Made by a program: the position numbers and the translations under genes. A stretch of 64,000 nt of DNA from Haliotis rufescens (lineage: Eukaryota): assembly GCF_023055435.1 (NCBI RefSeq), contig NW_025963857.1:28892001-28956000 (forward strand), in the 5' to 3' direction. A model generated the notes under the pieces. It searched no databases. It saw only the letters and a program-made list of their open reading frames with translations, and was not told where the DNA came from. Numbering within the stretch: position 1 is the first letter of the stretch; the number at the start of each line of letters is the position of its first letter. Of the stretch, positions 51,421 through 62,938 are shown piece by piece.

Positions 51421-54221
51421 ATGTGTAGCGATTATGTCAAGTCTGTATTCCAACTACAGCTTACCAATTACCCTTTCTCTCGGTACTGCCAATATACATG
51501 ACATACAGTATTGCTGTTGATTTCTTTACCCCTTGTGCATTGACGAATATTCTGAGTAGTTTTATACCAATATGCATCATGTTATCATACTGCGCCAGTA
51601 TTCCCAATGTTAGAGAATACAGTAGGTTCACACGAAAACCAGCAGACAAAAGCAAGCTTTCAGTTGCACCCCTGTCTGTTGCATGTCCACAATAAGTTTT
51701 ACATGATTATCGAAATTATTTTTGTAGTTTATCTTGCTCTTCAGTCTATTCAGAATTGCATGCTTTGACATCGCACTTGAACATTGGTAGTTCATGGATG
51801 TTTTCTATAAGTTGCGTCTAAAGGCGAAATCAACGTATGAACTGAAAGACCCAATGAATTTATCAATCCACGTAAACTTATTATGTTGTCTAACCCTTTC
51901 CTTTTGCATGAACATGAATAGTGTTTCAATATCAGCCAGGCCGTGGTGGATAAAGTGCTGTTTTTCATGCCTCAGTTTATGTTCAAACAACCCGATCATT
52001 TATTACTGTATGCTGGGAAAGTAAACCGACCGGACAACATATTAATACAGTCAGAGGCCTTTGATAAGGAAAATCTTTCAAAACTATGACATCATTTGCC
52101 CTGTCAAGGAAAATTACATAGAATTTATTAACTAAAAGCATATGCTTTCACACAAGATTATAATATACGTAATGCACCCTAGATTGGTTAATACAGTGTC
52201 CAGATAATATCAGCGTGGTGATACATACCACCATTCACCAGATAGTTATGCTGTATCAGATAACGGTACTTGAGAGATATAGGGTATCTCATTTACCATG
52301 TGATGCTGTCATGTACATATTTGCCCGTTGATCTTCGGACTGGTAGTTAAGAGACCTAGTTGTTGCTTTTCCACGTGGCTTTGGCGTGTTTTCAACACAC
52401 TGATAGCACTGATGCTGGTACAAGAACAAATATTACACTCAACTGTAGCTTACTTTAATATTTAATTCATGAACAAAAATTGGTCAGAGCTTTTATTTAG
52501 CCCCTGCATGCACTGGACACCATTGTATCGTTTCGTAGTAGCCTTCACTAGTCTGCTTGGCTAACTGACTGTATTGACTGTATTGCATGGGAACAGAAGA
52601 CAAAAGAGTCCCTTGTACCATATCCACTATACCATAACCATACGTTTATGAATCTCCATAAAATAGTGATGATCCTAGGTGTCCGCGAAAAGTACAGCAT
52701 ATCCTCCTCCACCGGGGGCATCCGTCAAATTGTTTACAAAACACAGTACAGAAACTGAACGACAACACCATCACTGACTGATCCAGTGTGTTAGCAACAT
52801 CAAGATGTCCAGCATTTGGATTACCATCATTGCAGCTACATGTACATGTACACATGCATGATTGCGTAGTTTATGGTATCACTATGTGTGGCTAACCAGA
52901 AGGTTCCAGGGTACTCTTAAGTCATCGTCACAACACATGACGTCACACTGCAATGTTCTCATACATATCTGCCATTTATTCAATGCGACTCTTGCTATTG
53001 ACGAATCATAATGGAATGGTTTATGCTATAAATGCAATGAGATTATTCGTTAGTATGAGAGAAGGAAAAAGCTCAATAGCATGCAAATGTGTGTCCGAGT
53101 TTGGTACGATTCTATGTATGACATTGTATATATTGTTAGATGCAATCAGCACTTTATTGATTTCTCAGTTTTTGCAACTCAAATCGAAATTATCTTTGTA
53201 GTTGTATAACAAGTAGCACTTGCCATTTCTGTATTTGATATTGCGAATATCAAACTGGTCCAGTGAATGGATGTAGAATATTTGTTTCGTTTCAAATAAC
53301 ATCAGAATGAATCTTCTATATCAAAGCTTTATACCATAAGCTCAGTTAATGAACAAGAAAGGGGATGAAACGTTCCTCATTTATTACGGATAAAAAACAT
53401 TGTCTAATGTCTGAGAGAAGTAACCTTTTTTGAATAGTCTGTGACTGAGTGACTTGGACGAAACGCCGGTTTTAGAAAGTAAAATGTGCCGGTTGATGTC
53501 CATGTCAGGACAATGTAATGTCATAGGGGACACCAAATCACATAATGCCGCAACAACGTGTTATCACCTCTTCGCATTTTTGTTTAAGTTTTTTTACACA
53601 AACGTAATTTCGCGTCTGTCGTTAGTGCTTTTGATACATCTATGGGAAATATTAACCTCCATCAATCAGTTTTTTTGTCTCATCTTCTTTAAATAACTTG
53701 AGACGAGTCGCCAATATTTTGCAACTTGCTTTAAAAGTTGCAAAAAGTAAAATGACAATAGTTAAAGCATTATAAGTTAAAGAAACCTCGACTGATGAGA
53801 GCGATCCTTCAGATTAACAAAACATTGCATGAATTTAGCAAGGATCACAAGGAGAGTTCAGGCCTCAGCAGAGTCTTTGTATACAAACAATGCCAGTTAG
53901 TAACACAAACCCATTGGGGGATCGTTGACTAAGATATTTCAGGCAATATAATTGAATTCACTGAGACTCGGTTGTATTAAACCCAAATCAATAGAAAACA
54001 GGAAGAAAATCTTGACATAATTATAAATTAATATCATGCTGAGCAAGGTATCGTTAACATAATCTTGAGGGTCACGTCAGCACCGTATTTTTGTACCAAA
54101 ATTGAGCAAAAGTTATTCTAAATTTCAAATATCTAAATCACTCAGTAGACACATAATACACATGTAACTGAAATACTGTTCCAAGCGTCTTTACACCATC
54201 CACGCCAACTACATGTACGTT

Positions 54222-54442
54222 ATAGCGGAGGCGGTCTCTAAATAATCGAGTTTGGACCAGACAATCCAGTGACTGACATCATGAGCATCGATCCACGCAA
54301 TTGGGATTCGATGACATGAATCACCCAAGTCAGCGAGCCTGATCACCCGATCCCGTTAGTGGCCTCTTACGACAAGCATAGTCGAATTTTATGGCAAGCA
54401 TGGGCTGCTGAAGACTTATTCTTACCCGGATCTTCACGGGTC
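54222..54442 (-). mobile_element. SINE-like family C
   Basis: Homologous to 495-750. Confidence 0.85.
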
Positions 54443-55309
54443 CTCCAGCTACGTGAAATGATTTTGTACACACATTTGTTACATTACTGTTGAACTATTG
54501 TGTGATCAGATATGACTTGTGTTCAGTGGTACCAACTGAAAAGGTTACACATACACTATTCATACAAAAGATATAGGGTATACAATATACAGAAACTCGA
54601 TGAGATGTTGTTATGTAAGGTTGTGTACCCAACACATACAGTCGCCTAGTAAATGGCCTGACAATTACATTGTCATATTAATTCATATATTTGTTATATA
54701 TCTAGTGAAATCTATGTTTCATTTTAGTTAAATAACACTTTATGCCGAAATTACATTTTAGTCTGCCTGCAGACTAAGGACCATAAGACTGTATAATATA
54801 ACGAATAACAATTGTATCTCATGTTGTGACCCTTTGCGCAGCGCATTACTATTTTTTTTACATGTACATTACACAACAATGTAGAAATTGTAGAAACATA
54901 CTTGACTCCATGTGCAAATAGATATGCTGACAATCACACACTATAGTTCACAACAAAACCAGGCTAAAGTTATCGATAATACCATTTTGTCGTGGAATTA
55001 ATTGTTGACTGATCAGACGAAAGACATAAACTATGATTCACAACAGACTAATATTACAAATGCAATGCTAATCAATGATGTATTATTGAGCGCTTTGTGC
55101 TAACTTGATGATCGTAATTTCAGGAAACTGTATAACTATATGTGCATTTCCATCGCTGCTAATAGGAACATTAAGCTAAATAGTTATGAAGACCCTATTC
55201 ACGTTACATTTCACATGTAGCGGTTATGCGATCAGTTCTCATTATTTCAGTCTTGTACACATGATCCACACACAGACTGTTCATCAAAGTAATTTTCATA
55301 TTGATGAAT

Positions 55310-57430
55310 TCAATGTTTTTCAAAACCGTATACTCTTACGTAGCGACTGTTTACATACAACACACTGTCATCATCCAGACAGATATTGTGGGGATAATGC
55401 ATGCCATCCTTTTGTGTGAGGACATCTCTGACAAACTGCCCCGACTTTGTCAGTTGAATCACCCTGTGGGTGTCTCTGTCCACAAGAAGGATGTCTCCTG
55501 TCCTGATTGTTGTGATACCTTGCGGGTATGTTAGAGCTCTGTCTCTTGTGGGAGTGTAGGTGAAAACAGTTTTGCCTTTTCTGGTCACTGACACAATTGA
55601 TCTTACTGTTACTTCACTAACTACTAACTTGTTTTCCCCAGAAACATGTATTTCATGTGGGTTCCTTGTCACACCTGTCGAGATAGATTTAAGTATATTC
55701 CCTTTCATATCCAGCACGTCAACAGAGGCACGACCATCGTAACCACCTGCCAGGAGTTTTGAAGGGTTCAGGAAGGCTAAACCACCATACTTCCTCCTTG
55801 TTCTAACAGTTGAGTGTAATGTAGGTTCTGGGTCAAAGTTGATGAAAGCTATTTGTTGTGTGTCTGGCAGAGAAACAGCTGCCCGAGCTCCACCCACCTT
55901 AGCTATTCGCAATGGCTGAGTAGGAAGCTGGAGACATGTATTGAAGGATGTTTTGCTTGGAACGTAACATGTGCTGAGTCGACAATGTAAATAATCTATC
56001 ACAGTAATTACCTTGATACCATGAACTGTCAACACAACAACATCACGCAAATCATAAAACATGTCTCCAGATCTACAGTCAATTTCGTGCATGAGAACAG
56101 GAGAAGACGTCCGGTCACTTAGACCTCCAACAGTCTTGACCTCCCCCAGCTGCACCTCATCCACAGATCTCCTCAGTTTATCTGTGTCATGTGTGAAGAC
56201 GATAGTGGATGGTATTGGTCTCTTGTTCTCACTTGTGTCCTTATCTCTGGATGCTACAGCAACAGTCCCATATATATCAGACATGTCTGCTACACAGCTT
56301 GCCTTCACGGCTTTGTCTGTGAACTCATACCGCTGCTGATGCATCTGGAGGTCAATTTCCTGGGACTTTCTGTAGGCATTCAATTTTTCTACACGTGTCT
56401 CAGTGAGTTGGTCGATGCGATCAAGCAGTTTCTTTTCTTTTCTCAGGAGAACGTCTACAGCTACCATACGTTCTTTCTGAACTTTGTCTTTCATCACTTG
56501 TGCGTTTATCAATAGGTTTTTAATTTCCAAGTTTTGTTGATGAAATGTTATCATTGTAAGTTTTAATCTTCTTCTCTTGGTTTCTAGTTTCATTGATCAA
56601 TGTTTCTGTTACAAGAGGCATCATGGCATCTATGGTTTCAACATCATCACACTTCCTGTGTTTGATACTGCAGTATACAGTACAAATTGCCATCCTGAAA
56701 TCTTTACAAAACAGTTTTATCTTCTCATCCTTGTGAATTCTGCACATAAAGCGCTGTACCTTTGGTTTCTCGGTACTATGGATGCGTAAGTCAATCACTT
56801 CATGGTCACGTAACCGTGGCATCTTCTTGTGTAACTGGAAGATATCATCACAAATGGTGCACCACATTGTACCTGGAGTTGTCTCCCCATCTTCTTTGCA
56901 CATGATACAGGTATCTAAACATAAAGCACAGCACGTTACCAAAAATACAATTTCTAGAAAACACAATCACATAATACAACTTAATAATACTGTATGTTTA
57001 CTGGCCATAGTTGTTAGGTGTATAAATGTCAATATAAACCAGCTCACTTCGAACTCAATCCTTCTCACTTTAATAAATATAAAAAACTGCATTTCCAATA
57101 CCTTGGTGTGCAAGACATGAAAACGTTTCAAAATTCCCTACCTGACGATTCCCCCAAATCGTCCATCAGCCCCTGGATGACGTGGCTTGGTTTCAGTTGA
57201 CTGACCTACTTCTCTACTTGACTGTCAGGGTTGGCCACCTTCGTCAGTTGTCGACAGGAGGGACATGGAATAGACTTGGCTTGAATTGCTTTAGGCTGTG
57301 TTTTGGTGTATTTCTGCAAACAGGACTTACAGAAAGTGTGATTACACTGAAGTGTGGCAGGGTCTGTGAACACCTCTGTACAGATGACACATGTCAGATG
57401 GTTGTCCGTCAATTTCTTTGCGGTGGCCAT
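55310..57430 (-). pseudogene. TRIM gene copy 6 (exons 57142..57430 and 55310..56914), disabled 5' half
   Basis: TGG>TAG stop at 57208..57206. In-frame deletion in B-box1 (CDDIFQLH vs CDDVFCDGCLKLH). B-box2 C>F and C>Y. +1 frameshift at ~56532. The 3' ORF to 55310 is stop-free. Confidence 0.88.
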
Positions 57431-57544
57431 TTCTGATGGTGAGAAATAGTCCGACTTAGCTATGTCTTCAGTACGAGTTTATGAAAATATATTTCATTGT
57501 GCTAAGTATCTCCAATGATCTATTCTTGCAGTGATCATAATAAA

Positions 57545-57817
57545 ACACATACACACAAACACACACATGCATGCATAATTACACACACACACGGNNNNNN
57601 NNNNNNNNNNNNNNNNNNNNNNNNNNNNNNNNNNNNNNNNNNNNNNNNNNNNNNNNNNNNNNNNNNNNNNNNNNNNNNNNNNNNNNNNNNNNNNNNNNNN
57701 NNNNNNNNNNNNNNNNNNNNNNNNNNNNNNNNNNNNNNNNNNNNNNNNNNNNNNNNNNNNNNNNNNNNNNNNNNNNNNNNNNNNNNNNNNACACAGGCAC
57801 ACACACACTCATACATA

Positions 57818-57848
<31 letters not shown>

Positions 57849-57893
57849 AGATAGATATAGATATAGATACAGACACACATACACACACACACA
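57545..57893. repeat. CA / TA / (ATATAG)n compound microsatellite spanning an assembly gap
   Basis: Direct inspection. N gaps occur at the same position upstream of copies 3, 4 and 5. Confidence 0.9.
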
Positions 57894-58189
57894 CCATTTT
57901 CATTCCATGTTCAGCTACTGGTCCTGTGTCCAGTACAATGGTATACTGATAAAGGGACATAACTCTAATATTCATATACATGTTTGCGACGCTTGTATAA
58001 ACGCTGCCACCACTGCTTAAATGTGTTCACACTTGGATTCTAGATCTCACAAACACGTGCTATATATGGTTCCGTCGTTTTGAATGGAGACATAACAGTA
58101 CATTCAACATCTGTTAACATGTTACACTTATTTCACCCTGCAAGTCAGGACTCGAGGAATTTTCAAGCCACTTTCGTTATTGAACTTCA

Positions 58190-58442
58190 ATTTACCTTGA
58201 TGTCGACTATATTTCAAATATATGGGTGGTTTTAACAGGAGCCTGTGTGCAATGAATCCGAAAGCAACATATTCCAGTTACATTTTAACAGACATCTATT
58301 GTGTTATCTTCAAAGATACCGCAGCGTCGACGAGCACCCGGGGTAGACTGCGTTTCACTTCCTGGTTGTTGCCTCAGCTTGCACTGATGATCACGTGACA
58401 TGTTCAAACCATCGGGGGGAATGTATGTGATCACGTGACACG
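58190..58442 (-). promoter_or_regulatory. Putative promoter / first exon of copy 6
   Basis: ETS motif 58356-58365, TCACGTGA at 58391 and 58431. Confidence 0.55.
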
Positions 58443-58809
58443 CGAATCTCGTACACTGTGACACAGTTTCTCAGATCTATGGTGAGCAGTCAGCAGATAT
58501 AACATGTTATGAGAGTTTATTGTGACGAAACATTATTGGAATAACAACGTCATATGTGAAGTACTGTGCGCCATGTTCAAATACTATAATATATAAAATA
58601 CACAGTACACAGTACAATAAATCATGAATCATTCAAATTATATTTGTAATGAATCATTTTATAAATATATTCGTTTTATGTTGAAATAAACAGAATAAAC
58701 AAGCTGTTGCGTTGTTCTTAGCAGAGAAAATGTCAATTCTAACAACAAGAAAACTGTAGAAATTATACCTTCACATATTGCTCCAAGTCAGAAGACATTT
58801 GTCATTTTG

Positions 58810-59305
58810 CACATGGGATCACAAATACAAACAAGGTTTTCGCAATGATCTGGTATAATAGAGGCATAAACTCCAACCTGCCACTCTGTCGGCAAGTGTA
58901 TTAACCTAATTAGCAGCAAGGTAAACTTAGTCTTGTTCGCAGATAGTGCACTTTCACATGTTCTCGTCTTTTCTGAGAGCTTCTTGTCCAAACATGGGGT
59001 CATGCGCTTTTCTGGTCTCTTTCTTCACAAGTCAACGAGACTGTCAAAATTCACTACTGTCTCCCTCTCCCCCAAATTCTGTATAAGACCCCTGAACTTC
59101 TGATATTGACTGGGAGGGTAGTTTTCCAACTATTCTGTTAATATTCTCAGAGAAGTACTCTGACATAAGGTACACTTTGTATAGCATTCCGACATTCAAA
59201 CAGGAAAACTGAGAAATCATCCAGTGCCAACTCACACTGAAACATATTTCTTTATTGTAACCTTTCAATTGCATAAATACTTCAGTTGTGATTGGCCAGT
59301 CACTG
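58810..59305 (-). mobile_element. BEL/Pao gag relic, duplicated with the TRIM unit
   Basis: Homologous to 42500-42995. Confidence 0.55.
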
Positions 59306-60156
59306 TGTTTCTTTTGTTCGTCATTTTATATATGTAGTGGTTCCCGGGTTCGATTCCCCACATTGGTACACTGTGTTTAGTCCATTTCTGTTGTCCCCAG
59401 CCGTGACATTGCTGGAATATTGCTAAAAACGGCGTTAAACAACACTCACTCTTTGATAACAGAGATACATTAAATGGAAGGGAACAATGAACTGTTCTTG
59501 AAAACCACTTAATTCCCCATTATATACCGTTTTGTTAATTAAATCTGGCCAAGAATCAGCATTCAATATGTTGAATATCATTTAACAAACATGTCTTTCT
59601 AATTTAGATTACTATCACCCAGTTGTGTTCTGTAACCATGCCAACGGTTTCTACCTAGTATTACGCCTTACCTTTACCTTATGTAAACGGATGCAAATTA
59701 CAAATACATAACTGTTCAATATAATAAAGATGCATTGTTACACGAAATCAGTTTTATCGGGACCATGTGGATAATGGCCATGGAGGTTATGACATTTTCT
59801 GTTACAATACGCAAACAAGTATTCAAGGTTAATTCCCACATGATACCAAAAGAATCAAAGCCAATTATTTGATTCCAGAATGACAAGGAACAAATAAATT
59901 CAGCGATCAAGGTAAACGTCCATTATACTCCTTCAGCACATAGTTTCTCCCCACACAACATACATGTGCATGTATCCGACATGAATGAAGACGCTACACC
60001 TTAAGCTTCGACGTCTGTTACATATCAAAGTAGTGTGTAGAAATAGACATAGCGTTTAGGCATCATTTGTAAACACTTCATTAACCCTTTGCAAATAAAA
60101 GCGACAAAACCAATTCATAATCATAATGATCAGTCCACTGTTCGGAAACACTTTCG

Positions 60157-60530
60157 ACCGCCTCCGTGGTCTAGTGGCCAGTGTCCGCCCGGAGAGAGGT
60201 AGGGATACGACCTCCGGATGTGTCACACTAAAAGACGTCAAAAGATGGTACTTCTTGTTGTCCTGCCTGGCGCTCTGCATTGAGAGGCTACAATAAGGAA
60301 TGGTCTGCTCAGAGTCAGTATACTGTGTCTGAGTGGGGTATTCATGTTAAACTATAAACAGGGCCTGAATTCAGACTAGTACAAGCACACACAGAGAGAG
60401 ACACAGAGATGGAGAGAGGGGGGGGGGGGGGGGGGGGGGGGAGAGAGAGAGAGAGAGAGAGTTGCATGCAAGTCGAAATATAAGTGATATAATCTTGAAC
60501 TCGACGTTGAACCCCATTTCACCTGACCAC
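60157..60530 (+). mobile_element. SINE family D, plus orientation (paralogous at ~21624-21752, ~26921-27325, ~34997-35300; extra minus copy ~36083-36383)
   Basis: GACCGCCTCCGTGGTCTAGTGG..AAAAGACGTCAAAAGATGGTACTT..CCTGGCGCTC core. Confidence 0.82.
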
Positions 60531-62448
60531 AACTCATAAACACTTTCACACTGAATGACACCGACACCGACATATCAGCTGTTAATGCACGGACGTTGAA
60601 TCAATACTGACTAGACAAACACAGTGCCGTTATGGTTACATCATGAATGTGTGTGTGTCGCGTAAAAGAAGGAAGACAGCTTCGAATTATAGAACAAAGA
60701 AACTACGCTGTTATATGGAATAATCAGTTTTAAACTCAACCATATTTCTCAAGTCAACACCAACACATTTACTAGTTCTTCCATAGTTACGTCCCTTATG
60801 CAGACCACATCCCGAATCCCGGTTCGCCCAGATTTCTTGTTGTCTTGGTTTGTCAGTACGATATCTGTGCTCCAGTCTCATTTCATGCTTTCCTCACTGC
60901 GGCATGGTATTTCAATGAGCTAGCACTAAAAATCGGCATAAGTCCGNNNNNNNNNNNNNNNNNNNNNNNNNNNNNNNNNNNNNNNNNNNNNNNNNNNNNN
61001 NNNNNNNNNNNNNNNNNNNNNNNNNNNNNNNNNNNNNNNNNNNNNNNNNNNNNNNNNNNNNNNNNNNNNNNNNNNNNNNNNNNNNNNNNNNNNNNNNNNN
61101 NNNNNNNNNNNNNNNNNNNNNNNNNNNNNNNNNNNNNNNNNNNNNNNNNNNNNNNNNNNNATAATCTTGGACGCGACGCTAAACCCAATTTTACCTCACC
61201 TCGTGCTCTTCTCCCACATCAACCTGACTCACCATGATATAACTGACATAATGTTCAAAGAGGCGTTAAAATAAATTCACTCACTAACTCTGTTGCTCAA
61301 CAGAACACTACTGATGACAGATAATGGATGCATTTGAAGGTGCTTATTGCATTTTTTATTGAATTGATTTTCATATTTCGTCCAATGACCACCACAAACG
61401 ACGTCTTCCTGTTTGCAGTGGTAGTCAGTAACCACAAGGGAATTGATCAAGTGTTACATGAGTAAACTAAACACATGAAAAGGACAAATACGTGCATGTT
61501 GTTAATCAAATGCAGAAATATATCTTTCTGAGTCCACCTAAATAAACACAGGCGTCGCAATAAATTTATAAACTTATATCTCAGACAGTTTAAATAACAA
61601 GGAAAGACAGGATTGAAAAGACTCATTCAACATTTAAAATTACTTGTAAATGGTTTGTTCATTTACAAGTAGTTCCATCATACTCACATGTCTCTAAATT
61701 GATTGATTAATTGTCATTAATACCGAAAGTTACAAATGCAAACAACAAAGTTCATGTATTCCAAGTCATGGCCATATCATTCGAAATTCATGTAAATGTT
61801 GATAAATTTATATTTGAACTATAAGCACTGGCATTAAAGGTAATTTCTAACAACTTATAGTGGGTGCGATACATGCAGAAGCCATCTGAACTGAGGAGCA
61901 ATATAAACCTAGTATATACTTCTACATGTTTTTTGGTGTTAGATATAATTTGATGGAAAACTTTTAAAATAAAATAAAAAATAAAAAAATTAAAAATCGC
62001 ATAATACACAAGAGGTTATGAGCATCTCGGACATCTCATCTTTGAAAAACAATAAACTTGTTTACAACATTTCAAACATGGTAGGGGCCATGTGGTTGCA
62101 AATTCATTTCTTGCGTCAGTCTTCACTGAATTTGTTTACACACATTTACCCAGACACAGATGGCGTTTCACACACTTTTGCAGGAATGAGTGATGGTTAA
62201 ATAGAAATTATCAAAATTAACAACTGTTCTTTACATTTTCAATTACAAAAAAAACCCCGATCGGTATACCTTCTTTTGTCCCTTTGATTATTATTCATCC
62301 CAGCTAAGCGTACACCAAAGTATACCGCGTTGACGCTTTTTACTCTCAATTCTTCAAAATAACATATCATTACAACCATTTCATCACTTTCAAGTGTGAT
62401 TTTGTCTTCCAAATGCGAACCTCTGGACAGATTGAATAACTATCGCAG

Positions 62449-62665
62449 GCAATATAGCAACGTACATGCACGTATGTGTGTGTCTCCTTGTACTAGTCCG
62501 GACTGATGCCGATTTATAGTGATAGCTCACTGAGATACCATGCCGCAGTTAAACATGCATACTCCACTCAGACACAGTATAACGCAGTATAACGCGGCCG
62601 GGGATCGAACCCCGGACCTTCCGCTCTCCGGGCGGTCACTCTACCACTAGACCACGGATGCGGTC
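62449..62665 (-). mobile_element. SINE family D downstream of copy 7
   Basis: Same insertion, with the same tail deletion as the copy 3 flank plus an internal deletion. Confidence 0.85.
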
Positions 62666-62938
62666 CTATCGCAGGAGTCACATGTAGGGATCGTGTGAAG
62701 CGATGTTGAAACAATCAGCTGCAAGTGTACCTGTCCAGCACTCCTTGTGTGTTCTCAACCCATCTAAACGCACGTCAAACACAACAGTCGTTGTCCCCAA
62801 AAGTAATTCACTCCCATGTCCGGTTCATTCAGCACAGTTTTACAAGCAGTTTGGCGATTTGCAATCAATTAGGTCTTATATACAGCGTATGTGTGGCTCA
62901 AAGCTAGCGTCTACATGACAGAGTAATGTCTATTTCAG

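Noticed and set aside
53780-53830. Hammerhead ribozyme candidates (CTGATGAG here; CTGAAGAG..GAAAC on the minus strand near 9945-9965)
   Set aside because: Could not build the required stems and a correctly placed GAAA core by eye.
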